In this document: piece after piece, positions 23,001-33,424 of the stretch | How the letters are laid out: every line of letters begins with the position of its first letter | Position numbering within the stretch: the stretch's first letter is position 1 | Assembly: GCA_044892525.1 (NCBI GenBank) | Contig: CM097885.1 | Coordinates: 41,542,001-41,606,000, forward strand | Source of the DNA: Schmidtea polychroa | Lineage: Eukaryota | Length of the DNA: 64,000 bases | Direction: 5' to 3' | Position numbers and translations under genes: made by a program | The notes under the pieces: model-generated | Seen by the model: the letters and a program-made list of their open reading frames with translations, nothing else | What the model was told of the DNA's origin: nothing | The model's database searches: none

Positions 23001-24139
23001 CTAACCTCATCATATTTTAAAATAGCTAAAATGCTATATAAAAAACATGAATCATCGGTGTTTTTTACATTAATTAAGCATTTTTTATTTTTTAGACAAG
23101 TAGGTAGTTCAATGAAACTCTTACCACTTAATCTACTTAGCCTACTTATTTTCGTTATGGTGAAGTGAATTTCTGTTATTTTTTTTATGATCCAGCTACT
23201 TCCTAACTCTGTGATATTACTTATTTTCTCGTTTAGTTCCCTAATGCCTTCGTCAAAAAATGAGGCAGTTAAAGGTTTTGCGTAATTCGAAATATTATTA
23301 ACCTTTATTTCCCCGTCTTTTTCAAATTCAATTGTTATTCCGAATTGAATTTTGACGGAGCCTAATTCGTTAATAATATCTCTCAATTTTATAATTAATT
23401 GTTCTGGAAATATTATTTCCTTTATATTCAAGTTACTAGTATTTAAACTTAAAATTTGATGTGTACCCCTTAGATCTTTTTGTACTATTGGTACATTACC
23501 TCCTATTTGTACATTAGTAGTTCCATCCCAAGAGTCGAGTGAAAGATTATCCAATTCATCATTGGATACACCTACATTCCAAGAGTCGAATGAAAGATTA
23601 TCCAATTCATCATTGGATTCACCTACATTCCAAGAGTCGAGTGAAAGATTATCCAATTCATCATTGGATTCACCTACATTCCAAGAGTCGAGTGAAAGAT
23701 TATCAAATTCATCATAGGATTCAGCAACTAATCCGACCTGGGATTCAACAAAAGGCAATCCGACCTGGGATTCAACAAAAGGCAATCCGACCTGGGATTC
23801 AACAAAAGGCAATCCATCATTGGATTCAGCAACTAATCCGACCTGGGATTCAACAAATGTATTTAATTTAATTTTTTTATTAGTAGTATTTATTTCAATA
23901 GTTGAAGGTCGTTTAAAAATAACATCTTTTTTAGAATTGAACATATTTAAATGATGTTTATGCTTATTATAAAAAACGCTATATGTTAAGGGTTCACTAA
24001 TCTTACATATGGGGCATATAAAAAAAGTTTTATTATAATATTTTTTAGAGTAATAATTCTCCATTATAGAATGGCAATTATTATTATGTTCTTTCGACGA
24101 ACAATAATTTGGGTAAAGTATTCCTAAAAATATATACAT
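20024..24139 (-). pseudogene. pPolB of Polinton B, one frame with three premature stops
   Basis: Four ORFs in the same frame split by TAA 22292-94, TAG 22073-75 (HNLKG*D) and TAA 21221-23; IDINNLYG, KLLNNSLYGK, GDTDS; endonuclease VII-like DHDH. Confidence 0.92.
23522..23860 (-). repeat. In-frame tandem repeats (51 bp and 27 bp) in pPolB N-terminus
   Basis: Encode DELDNLSLDSWNVGESN about x4 and FVESQVGL(P/V) x4. Confidence 0.85.
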
Positions 24140-24282
24140 TTAAAAATTTGGCTAAAACATTTGATAAAAATATATTTAAAAATATTACTATTAAAATTTT
24201 CTTATAATTTTGCATGTATGCATCCAATCAAAATTAATTATTTGCTATAAATGATAATTTAATGAAATAAATTTAACAAAAA

Positions 24283-24716
24283 ATGTCTACTATAAATAGT
24301 ATCCTATTAGAAGAAAATAGTACATCAGTTATAGGTATGGTATGTAAACCTCCTATTCAGTTCCTTCAATATAATATGTACTATTTGAAATATCCTATTA
24401 CTTATTCGTTCAAGGTAATTTTTTTTTTATTTAATTATTTAATATTAATTTGTTATAGGAACCAGTTAATTTAAAAACATGTCAATTCAATATTCAAATT
24501 GGAGATATTGGGGAAGAAGATAGAAAAAATCTTGGAGAAATTCTTAAATTAATTAATAAAGAAATGATTTTTAATGAAAAATTTACATTTATGAATTGTG
24601 AAAAAGGATGTAAATTAGACGAAGATAAAAAGTCAAAAGTTCGAATACTTATTCAAGGAGTCAAGATAAATGGAGTTATAATTAAACCAATTTGGAAAAT
24701 TACAAATGTTTTTTGA
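24283..24716 (+). CDS. Spliced 129-aa protein, putative OB-fold ssDNA-binding protein; join(24283..24414,24459..24716)
   Basis: 44-nt AAG|GTAATT...TATAG intron, phase 0; exon 2 open for 85 codons, ending VRILIQGVKINGVIIKPIWKITNVF; AATAAA overlaps the stop. Confidence 0.7.
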
Positions 24717-24788
24717 ATAAATATTTAAGTGTTATTTTAAATGTTGTTGAAAAAATTTTAAAGTTAATAATTATTTAATAAGGGTCAG

Positions 24789-25020
24789 ATTATTATTATT
24801 AAAGACTACTGCATGCTCACTGCAGACTATTATGTAGCTACGTGCTCACTGTAGACTACATTATTATTATTATTAAAGGCTACTGCATGCTCACTGCAGA
24901 CTATTATGTAGCTACGTGCTCACTCCAGACTACATTATTATTATTATTATTAAAGACTACTGCATGCTCACTGCAGACTATTATGTAGCTACGTGCTCAC
25001 TGTAGACTACATTATTATTA
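24789..25020. repeat. Three tandem ~75-bp repeats
   Basis: Unit (ATT)n AAAGACTACTGCATGCTCACTGCAGACTATTATGTAGCTACGTGCTCACTGTAGACTAC. Confidence 0.9.
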
Positions 25021-25966
25021 GTATTATTAATTTCTAACATTATAAAAAAAAATGCTAATAATTTCCTCTTCAGATCAAATAAAATTTTTGCGAGGGATTT
25101 CCTTTATTTCAAAATAAATATCACTAAAAATATCATTAATAATCATTTTTTAAAAAAAAATAGATAAATTTCATCTTTTAATATCAATATAAAATTTTTA
25201 ATATCATTATATAAATTTAAATATTATTAAAAAAAATGCTAATAATTTATTCTTAAGATCAAATAAAATTTTTGCGAGGGATTTCCCCTTATTTCATTAT
25301 AAAATTTTATTTAAAATATTAGTAAAATATTAGATTATAAAAAATGAGTGAATTTCCTCTTAAGATCAAATAAAATTTTATTAAAAAATTATATAAAAAT
25401 ATCATTAATAATCATTAAAAAATATTAGTAATTTCATCTTATAAAATTTTATAAAAAATTGATAAAAATACTTACATTTGACATTTTTGTTCATAGTTTC
25501 ATTCATTTCAGAATTTTTGTTCATAGTTTCATTCATTTCAGAATTTTTGTTCATTTTCATAGTTTCAATCTTTTTTATCTAAAAAATAATTAAATTTTAA
25601 TAATTTAAAAATAAAATTCTTACAATCCTTGGTACTAGCAAATTATGACCAAATTTTAAAAACAAATCATTTATATACTTCTTCTTCTACTTAATACATT
25701 ACGTAATAATTAAAGGATTAAATTTGATACCATGCGTAATAATTAAAGGATTAAATAACTTACATAATAATTAAAGGATTAAATAACTTACAAAATAATT
25801 AAAGGATTTAATACCTTACATAATAATTAACTTAATTAAAGATTTAGTTTAATAATCAACTAAAATTTAAATTTTAATAATCAATTATATTGAATTAATA
25901 ATCAACTAAAAATTTATTGAAATAATCATCTAAAATTTATTGAAAACAACTTTTTATTATAAAAAT

Positions 25967-26346
25967 TTATTTCATTGACTTTAACCAAGCCAAACAATGT
26001 TGTCCACATGTTTTTGTTATAGGGTTTTGGTAACGTATTCGATTGTATTCAATTGGCATTGACATTGATTGTAGTTTATTGATTAATATAGGTGGATAAT
26101 AGAATCCCATTGGATCAAATGCATATATTTTGTCTGGTTTCACGTATACTGCAAGCCAATGTTCACCATTCAGATTAGCAGATTGAGTATTTACAATTAT
26201 TGCTTTGTTGACATCTAAATAAGGTATTTTTGTCTAATGGGAAAACACCTAGAAATTTTTTTCCTAGTAATTTTCTTCCGATAACATGTATCTGAATAGA
26301 ACTAAATTAATAATAATTAAATAATTTAAATTAATTCTTACTTCAT
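25967..26346 (-). pseudogene. Adenain-like protease, spliced (intron 26341-26302), one frameshift near 26229
   Basis: ATG AA|GTAAGA..TTTAG|T gives MNSIQIH; FLGVFP, GEHWLA, FDPMG, YQ...TCGQHC; missed by the ORF track. Confidence 0.85.
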
Positions 26347-26380
26347 ATTTGATTAATTGATTTTCGATATTTGGTTTATA

Positions 26381-27604
26381 TTATACCAAAACAGTACGAG
26401 TAGATGTAATTTGAATTTCTTTTTCAAAAACTCCATATACGATTACAGAAACAGCTTCAGTAAGTGAAGATGCGAATTTAATATCTAATCGCAAATTTCC
26501 ACTTTGTGGTAACTGACTTTGATGAAGATCAAAATCTGGTGCCAATACGAATGTAAAGAATGGATACTTGCTCTTAAAATCAGACATGGTGATACCACAA
26601 TTCATATTTTTATTTAGATAACCCATATTTCTAATAATCGATTGCATATAACTTGTACTATAATCATCATTCTCAAAATCTTGACTATATTTTTCGCGAT
26701 AATCACTTCCTTTACTTAAAGTTATGGACTTGACATTAAAGTGATCAAATATAGAAAATGATTCTGAAAACGATCCACTAAATCTTTTACTAGATTGAAA
26801 TGCAACAAGTATAACATTAGGTAATCGTCTACCTCCAAATATTTGTTCTTTATAAAAAGAGGAAGAACCAATAGGTAATGAGAAATCAACAACTTCTTTG
26901 CTTCTTAAAGGATAAATTGCATTTTTGGTAGACAGACCAATTTGATGTCCTGCCAAAACCGATGGTTCAACACGAACTCTTCTAACCATTAATTTTGCGT
27001 CTAATAATAAAATTTTCGGTTCAATTTTCGCACAAGTTAAACTAAGTGTTGGATTTGATCTTGTTAATTTAATTTGAACACTAACACCTGGTAGTAAATA
27101 TTTAGGTTGATCAAAGAAATCAAATTGAAGTGGGGAACATAAAGAAAAGGATTTTGATTTTTCAATCCATGTTTTTTTCGTAAGATCTTTGTTAGTATAC
27201 CCCATTCCACCTAAAGATGTTCGTTTAGTATCTCCGTCATAATTTATAAGTGTTTCAATTAATGCTTTGTGGGCAAATCTATCATTTGATCCTTCAACTT
27301 TGATTGAATTAAAAATTAATTCAACGTCTTTAAAAAGGGTTTGGAAGAAGAAATTATTTGGAATTACTTCTGATTCGCCTAAATTCTCACCTAAATTATT
27401 AACAACTTTCAATTGAATATATAACAAAGTATCATTCAAATCTAAATATTCAGTCTGCGATCCATTTATGTAAAATTGAATCGAAGAAGAACCAGCATCT
27501 GTAATTGAATTTCTTGGGTAAATATCTTCAAATGCTCCATGTTCAATCACTGCTTGGGGAGAAGGTCTATCAAAAAGACATAATTCTGATTTAGCACTAA
27601 TCAT
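26381..27604 (-). CDS. Major capsid protein (double jelly-roll)
   Basis: KSELCLF..P.PQ, YLDLNDTLL, DFFDQPKYLLPGV, GNLRLDIKF; intact 407 aa. Confidence 0.92.
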   Translation of the reverse strand: MISAKSELCLFDRPSPQAVIEHGAFEDIYPRNSITDAGSSSIQFYINGSQTEYLDLNDTLLYIQLKVVNNLGENLGESEVIPNNFFFQTLFKDVELIFNSIKVEGSNDRFAHKALIETLINYDGDTKRTSLGGMGYTNKDLTKKTWIEKSKSFSLCSPLQFDFFDQPKYLLPGVSVQIKLTRSNPTLSLTCAKIEPKILLLDAKLMVRRVRVEPSVLAGHQIGLSTKNAIYPLRSKEVVDFSLPIGSSSFYKEQIFGGRRLPNVILVAFQSSKRFSGSFSESFSIFDHFNVKSITLSKGSDYREKYSQDFENDDYSTSYMQSIIRNMGYLNKNMNCGITMSDFKSKYPFFTFVLAPDFDLHQSQLPQSGNLRLDIKFASSLTEAVSVIVYGVFEKEIQITSTRTVLV

Positions 27605-27999
27605 TTTTCAAAGATGGTACCATATCCTTTCATTCTTTTGTTTATATGTTTCTTCATAATTTTTCGACGTTTAAGTATTCCGCTTTTTTGTTCTTTATCA
27701 TTTTTAAATACATCGGATACTTTATTAATTACTTCAGGTAAATGTTGCATCACAGCTGGTAATGATTCTTTAATTTCAGAAATTGCATTTGATTTTAAAG
27801 CAGGCAAGATATTTGCATTGTTATTTATTACGTCATTGGCTGTTTTCATACCAAAATTTCCTATTCGTCTAAGAATTGGGAGTGCAAATCTACCTATTGT
27901 CTTCAACCAACCGGTTCCATATTGTTTACCAACAAAATATGGTAAATCACCACCCGATTGGTTACTACTATAAAAATGTATTATGTCAGGATTACTCAT
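27601..27999 (-). CDS. Polinton core protein with amphipathic helix (adenovirus pVI-like)
   Basis: Y..NQSGGDLPYFVGKQYGTGWLKTIGRFALPILRR; basic C-terminus; directly upstream of MCP. Confidence 0.75.
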   Translation of the reverse strand: MSNPDIIHFYSSNQSGGDLPYFVGKQYGTGWLKTIGRFALPILRRIGNFGMKTANDVINNNANILPALKSNAISEIKESLPAVMQHLPEVINKVSDVFKNDKEQKSGILKRRKIMKKHINKRMKGYGTIFEK

Positions 28000-29007
28000 T
28001 TATTTTACGAAAATGTAATGTCAAGTATGTTTTATCTTCTTTTCCAAATATATATTTTCCACTATCATCTCGTATATTGATTTCTATATTGTTTATATAT
28101 GAAGACGATACAGGTAAGTACATTGGATTCTTTTCAATTATTTGTACTAAATCATCTTTTTTATGTTTTTCCACCCAAATACATTTCAAAAGAGGGACCA
28201 ATGTATCACCAACAATAATTGGTTCGATAATATTTGTATAGATCATCAATTGTTGATTGCGTTGTAATACTTCAGGTTCTTTAAAACCAATAATAAGTTT
28301 GTCAGTATATGTTTCTTCTAATAATCCTAAACTATTGGCTAAAAATTTACTAAATTGAACTTTACTGACATCATCATCCATTACAATTTTAACGATTTTT
28401 CCTTTTTGAATATCAACAGATTTAAATGGACGAGGATAAAAGAGTGATAGTTGATCATTTATTTGTGAAAGATCTGTAATGATATTTTCTTCGAATGTAT
28501 CTGTATACTCGACATCGTAATAATATTGTATAGTTAATCGAATTGTATCAAACTTTATTTTTCGATTATTTGGAGGAATAGTGATTTGGTTCAAGGTTTT
28601 TTTAAAAGTTATTTCTTTTTCTGAAAATCCCAATTTTTGCGCTTCTTTAATACTATCGAATTCTACTTTAAAAGGAAAATATTTACAATTAATGTTCAAT
28701 GTATTTCCATCAATATATATTAAATAAAATGGAGAGTCGTGACTGATTGTATATTCATTTTTTCTTGGTTAAAGTAAAAGTATTCATAACTTGTATGTAA
28801 TACACTTTTACTATATTTGACATTTGAACTGTTGTAAAAAGGAAAATAATTATACACAAAGGTAAAGTCCATGAGAGCTACTTCCCATTCACCATCCAAG
28901 TAAATAGGATTTTGAAATTCGACATTAAATTTACCAGCTTCATTATTTGGATGAGTCTGAGGACAACTATTAGAAGGTAAATTCACATAAAAATCTTTTT
29001 TAATCAT
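27992..29007 (-). pseudogene. Penton paralogue 2, frameshifted near 28760
   Basis: FYVNLPSNS..GEWEVAL N-terminus and YTNIIEP..VGD..VPLL..INIRDDSG..LHFRK C-terminus lie in two frames. Confidence 0.8.
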
Positions 29008-30025
29008 TTATTTTACGAAAATGTAATGTCAAGTGTGTTTTTGTATCTCTACTAAATTTTATTAATTTTCCACTATCATCTCGTATATTGATTTCAATGT
29101 TGTTTATAGAAGAATTAGAAATTGGTAGATACATTGGATTCTTCATTTCTAGTTGCACAATTTCTCCTTGTTCATATTTTTTTATCCAAATAGATTTCAA
29201 TAACGGGACTCTTACATCTCCAACAGTCAATGGTTCGATAATATTTGAGTAAATAAATATTTGTTGATGATGATTAAATAATTTTGGAATTTTTGTTCCA
29301 ATAATTTCTTTCTCTGTAAATGTTTGTTTCTTTAATCCCAATGTTTTTGTTAAATTTTTATCAAAGGTTATTGATGAAATGTTATCAGCAAGACTTATTT
29401 TAACCAATTCATTATTTTGTATTTTTAAATCTTTAAAGGGAGACGGATTAATTGTCATTAACTGACCATGTATTTCAGATAAAGTATTGATGTATAGTTC
29501 ATCTTCGAAATAATGTTCAAATTTTGTTTTTTCAACAACACTTATAATTATACCAAATTGATCAATTGTTTTATCTTCTGTAAATTTTGGTAATTTAATT
29601 CGCAAATGATCACTATCACTAATAACCGATACTGATTTTAATCCAAATTTATTAGCATGTTCAAAATCTGGAAACGTTATTTTAAATGGAACATGTGGAC
29701 AAACAACAACCAAATTCTCATATCTTTCAATGAACATGTCAACTTCAGGAGTATTTTTAGGATTTATTACTTCAAAGGTTCGATTTGAATTATTTATTCT
29801 AAAATATTTAATTTCTTCATCCATCTTTACTTTTTCATATTGTATCAATGAATTACTGTAATAAGGAAAAGTATTATACACAAAGGTGAAGTCCATGAGA
29901 GCTACTTCCCATTCACCATCCAAGTAAATAGGATTTTGAAATTCGACATTAAATTTACTAGCTTCATTATCAGGGAAAATAAGAGGACAACTATTAGAAG
30001 GTAAAATAATATAAAAATCTTTCAT
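29000..30025 (-). CDS. Minor capsid protein (penton) paralogue 1
   Basis: FYIILPSNS, LDGEWEVAL, YSNIIEP.VGDVRVPLL, THLTLHFRK. Confidence 0.88.
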   Translation of the reverse strand: MKDFYIILPSNSCPLIFPDNEASKFNVEFQNPIYLDGEWEVALMDFTFVYNTFPYYSNSLIQYEKVKMDEEIKYFRINNSNRTFEVINPKNTPEVDMFIERYENLVVVCPHVPFKITFPDFEHANKFGLKSVSVISDSDHLRIKLPKFTEDKTIDQFGIIISVVEKTKFEHYFEDELYINTLSEIHGQLMTINPSPFKDLKIQNNELVKISLADNISSITFDKNLTKTLGLKKQTFTEKEIIGTKIPKLFNHHQQIFIYSNIIEPLTVGDVRVPLLKSIWIKKYEQGEIVQLEMKNPMYLPISNSSINNIEINIRDDSGKLIKFSRDTKTHLTLHFRKIND

Positions 30026-30030
30026 AATAT

Positions 30031-31134
30031 TTATTTAATCAATTGATTTTCGAATATCCAAGATGGAGTTTCATATCCATGCCATTTAACACAGTATTGT
30101 TTATATTTACCATCTTTTTTGGTTTTTAAAATCTTTTGAATTCTAAATATTGTAGGAGCAGGAATTACTTGGAGTTCTTGTTCATAGAATTTACCAGTGA
30201 TTGGTTTGTTTTCATGATCAACTATCACATACATGACAGGATTCTGTTTTGTATCGATTTTAAAAATTTGATATACTTCATCACTCCAATTATTATCAAA
30301 GTTTTTGATGAATGGTGAAGAATTGATTTTACTAATTCTTACATGATCACCTACCTTGTATTTCGGTTTATTGATTTTTTCTAACTTTGTTTGATTTTTA
30401 GTAAAATCTGCAGGTGTTTGTCCTTTTAATCCTCTGTGTGGTGAATGATTGTAACTGAAAATAATTTTTGGCAAAACATTTATCCAAGTTTTATTACCTT
30501 GATATACAAAATATTTTTTCAAGCGTTCTCTTAAAGTTCGATTAAATCGTTCTACGTGAGCAGCTTTGAACTGAGAAAATACTGAGTAATGGTTTATTCC
30601 TTTGATAACCTCTTTAACTTTGCTGTTATAAAATTCTTTACCTAAATCATATATTTAAAAATTAATTAATTAAATTTAATTACCTAAATCCGTTTGTAAA
30701 TTAATAGGTTTACCATCTGCAAACATTTCTTTTATCGCATCAGCCATTTCATTTGCAGATTTAGTTTTTGTAGGAACAGCACGAGCATATCTATTAAAAA
30801 CATCTATACAAGTCAGAATATATTTGTACCATTTGTTAATTTTTGAATAAGGTATCATTTCCATCAAATCCATTTGCCATACATCATTGTTTCCAATTGT
30901 TTTGTATGGTCTTGTTGGAAAACGTTTCAACATTGGTTTATTTAAACTATATGCTAATTGATTAGATAACCATTTCTGAGTTTCTTTCTTTGAATTATTC
31001 ACTCGTTTTGTTAATTTTTCTACGCCACCAAAACCATCTGGATCTTTTGGGTTTGTCCATATGGTTTTTAATTTTTTCTCTATTGTTTTCATTTTTTCCA
31101 CTTTTGTGTTGGTTTTGTGATACGTTTCCTTCAT
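30031..31134 (-). CDS. rve integrase with C-terminal chromodomain, spliced (intron 30683-30642)
   Basis: WQMDLMEM, CIDVFNRY, QTDLG|KEFYN restored by a 42-nt intron, HVERFNRTL, YCVKWHGY..SWI. Confidence 0.9.
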
Positions 31135-31204
31135 TATTACAACAAGTTGTCAAAATATTAAAATCTACAATATTTTTATTTGGTAATGAACTCTTGATAC
31201 CCAT
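30995..31204 (-). CDS. Small overlapping ORF (MG start, CC, Trp/Arg-rich tail)
   Basis: ATG overlaps the upstream stop codon; 69 aa; overlaps the integrase 5' end. Confidence 0.4.
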   Translation of the reverse strand: MGIKSSLPNKNIVDFNILTTCCNNEGNVSQNQHKSGKNENNREKIKNHMDKPKRSRWFWWRRKINKTSE

Positions 31205-31563
31205 TAGGAACTTAATGATGAGATTGCACTAATTGCAGATAAGACTATAGGAATTAGTGCACCCAAGAACCCTCCTTTTTGTTTATATATTATCTTTCTC
31301 ATTAGACGACGATTTTTTGTATCAACTAGAGATAAAAGTGATCTTTTATGTCTTTGCAATACTAATCTTTTAGCTTTAGTTATATTTACATTACCGCGGA
31401 CAACTTCAAGTAAATCATCAATAACAAATGATGGAAAAGACTGTAAAATTGATATTCGTTTCGAATTTGGTGCCTTTATTAAAGCATTAAAATATGGTAA
31501 ACTCCGTTCAAATTTCATTATTATTATTAATTTACGCGACGGATTGTTTATAATTTGATCCAC
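31204..31563 (-). CDS. Polinton basic core protein with QKGG|FL cleavage-like site
   Basis: GNV..T..K..L..HK..L..L, IIYKQKGGFLGALIPIVLSAI; probable start MKFE at 31518. Confidence 0.75.
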   Translation of the reverse strand: MDQIINNPSRKLIIIMKFERSLPYFNALIKAPNSKRISILQSFPSFVIDDLLEVVRGNVNITKAKRLVLQRHKRSLLSLVDTKNRRLMRKIIYKQKGGFLGALIPIVLSAISAISSLSS

Positions 31564-31724
31564 TTCTTGATTTGTTTCTTAGTTTTTGTACTTTTTGTAC
31601 TTTTTGATCCACTTTTTGATCCACTTTTTGATCCACTTTTTGTTTTCTTTGTACGTTTTGTTTTCTTGGTAATTTTCTTCGAAACACTTGGAAGATTTTT
31701 AACAACTACTTTTTTAAATGACAT
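31548..31724 (-). CDS. 58-aa Lys/Ser/Thr-rich basic protein (putative DNA-condensing core protein)
   Basis: MSFKKVVVKNLPSVSKKITKKTKRTKKTKSGSKSGSKSGSKSTKSTKTKKQIKKWIKL; below the ORF-track cutoff. Confidence 0.65.
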   Translation of the reverse strand: MSFKKVVVKNLPSVSKKITKKTKRTKKTKSGSKSGSKSGSKSTKSTKTKKQIKKWIKL

Positions 31725-31743
31725 GATTAATTTTATTTAGTTT

Positions 31744-32366
31744 TTAGTTTTGTTTATAAATCGTAACACCGTTTATATTAAAAATATTAGTTCTAATACG
31801 CATATAATCTGGACATTGTTGTGTAAAATCAAAAAATAAATATCCATGAGGAATTTTTGTTGCATCTTGGAATGAATCAATCAAAATTTTCTATTATTTG
31901 GATAAGCCTGTCTTGCAAGAAAATCTATTATTGTTTGATCTCTAGGATTTTTGAAAATAATTAAATATTGTACATTTAAATTACGCGTTCTATGACTTCC
32001 ACCTTGATGAAAAAGATTTTGTGTAATGAAAATAACTGTAACTCCGCAATGTCAACTGATTTTTGTAAATAAATTATTAAAATCTTTTTCTTTATTTGCT
32101 TCCTGGTACAGATCATCGATAATAATAACATCACCTTGGCGTAATCTAGATGACCAATTTTTATCAAATCCTTTAATTATTGTCATTTTTAATTTACAGA
32201 AACTGTTTTGAGTCAATCCATGTTCTTCATCTGCACCTCGATGCCAATATATTTTATTAAATTTAGATTTAAACATGTTTGATTGTAATAAATTACATAC
32301 AAATAAAGTTTTCCCGCTTCCACTAGGTCCTACTATTTGATATACTGCGTCATTTCTTAATTCCAT
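31744..32366 (-). pseudogene. Packaging ATPase with a nonsense codon (TGA 32052-54, expected Arg) and a frameshift near 31885
   Basis: GPSGSGKT, IIIDD, S*HCGVTVIFITQNLF, FKNPRD, PHGYLFFD, RIRTNIF. Confidence 0.9.
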
Positions 32367-32414
32367 TTTTTAATTAAATTATTTTTTAATTTGTTTATAA
32401 TTACAATAATTAGA

Positions 32415-32891
32415 ATGATCAGCAACATTAATTATAGAGGAAGATGTGTAGTAAATGGAATGAAGTTCCCATCAGGAAAACCTCAACATGTCGTGGACAG
32501 AAGTGGAAAATATCCAATTTTATTCTTCAAGAGCGGGAAATGTAGGATAATGGGATGTAAGAAACCATTACAGGAAGGCGATCTCAAATATCAGATTCAA
32601 GATTTACAAATCCAATCAATTACATTAACGCTAGATATGGGTACATGCATTGATTTAAATGCATTGTCAAGGAAAACCGATAGTTACTACGAGCCTGAAA
32701 TATTTCCAGCTTTACGTATTCTCAAGTATAACCCCCTATGTGTAAATGTTTTTTCAAGTGGGAAAGTTGTTATATTAGGGATTAAAACATTTGATTATTT
32801 TAATCAAATTCAAGAAATTCAGAAATTCATTAAATCATTAACTATAAATATCACAACAAATGAAAAAATATTGGAATATTTATTAAGTTAA
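32415..32891 (+). CDS. TATA-binding-protein-like protein
   Basis: Two TBP-like repeats: ILFFKSGKCRIMG and YEPEIFPAL...VNVFSSGKVVILG; ORF intact. Confidence 0.8.
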   Translation: MISNINYRGRCVVNGMKFPSGKPQHVVDRSGKYPILFFKSGKCRIMGCKKPLQEGDLKYQIQDLQIQSITLTLDMGTCIDLNALSRKTDSYYEPEIFPALRILKYNPLCVNVFSSGKVVILGIKTFDYFNQIQEIQKFIKSLTINITTNEKILEYLLS

Positions 32892-32954
32892 TTAAATTAA
32901 TTTAATTAATTGTGTTTAAATTAACTGAATATCTACAATAACAAAAATTCAAAA

Positions 32955-33302
32955 ATGGATGACGATAAGCAAGCTTACATATTCCAGACTATATTAACGA
33001 AGATGGAAGAATTGTTCCCGAATATAAAGAACAGACTTTCATATTGTGCTCCGGAATTATTAGCTTATAGAATCAAGCAATTAACGGGGATCAATATAGA
33101 AGAACTTATACGAAGACATTTCGAATCTGTACAAGAATCAATATTTAAATGCATAGACGATTGTGAAGTATGTATGGATCCGATGAAATTACCATGTCCG
33201 TTTAGATGTAGATGCTGCCAAGAATATAAGATGAAAGAAGTTGTTCATATTTTACTAGCAGAATTAAGAAGAGCTTATTACAAGCAAATATTGGATGAAT
33301 AA
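32955..33302 (+). CDS. Cys-rich hypothetical protein
   Basis: 115-aa ATG ORF with CIDDCEVC..PCPFRCRCC. Confidence 0.6.
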   Translation: MDDDKQAYIFQTILTKMEELFPNIKNRLSYCAPELLAYRIKQLTGINIEELIRRHFESVQESIFKCIDDCEVCMDPMKLPCPFRCRCCQEYKMKEVVHILLAELRRAYYKQILDE

Positions 33303-33374
33303 ATTTTATATCTTTACATTTGTTAATTGTTTGTGTTTTATGTGTCTAGTTCATTTTTATGTATTTGGTCGATA

Positions 33375-33424
<50 letters not shown>

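Noticed and set aside
20024..24139. Stop-codon reassignment explaining the in-frame stops in pPolB
   Set aside because: The stops replace different expected residues (Tyr in HNLKGYD, Leu in DLP), and TAA/TAG terminate neighbouring genes normally
24789..25020. CRISPR-like array
   Set aside because: Units are near-identical tandem copies with no unique spacers; eukaryotic context; no cas genes
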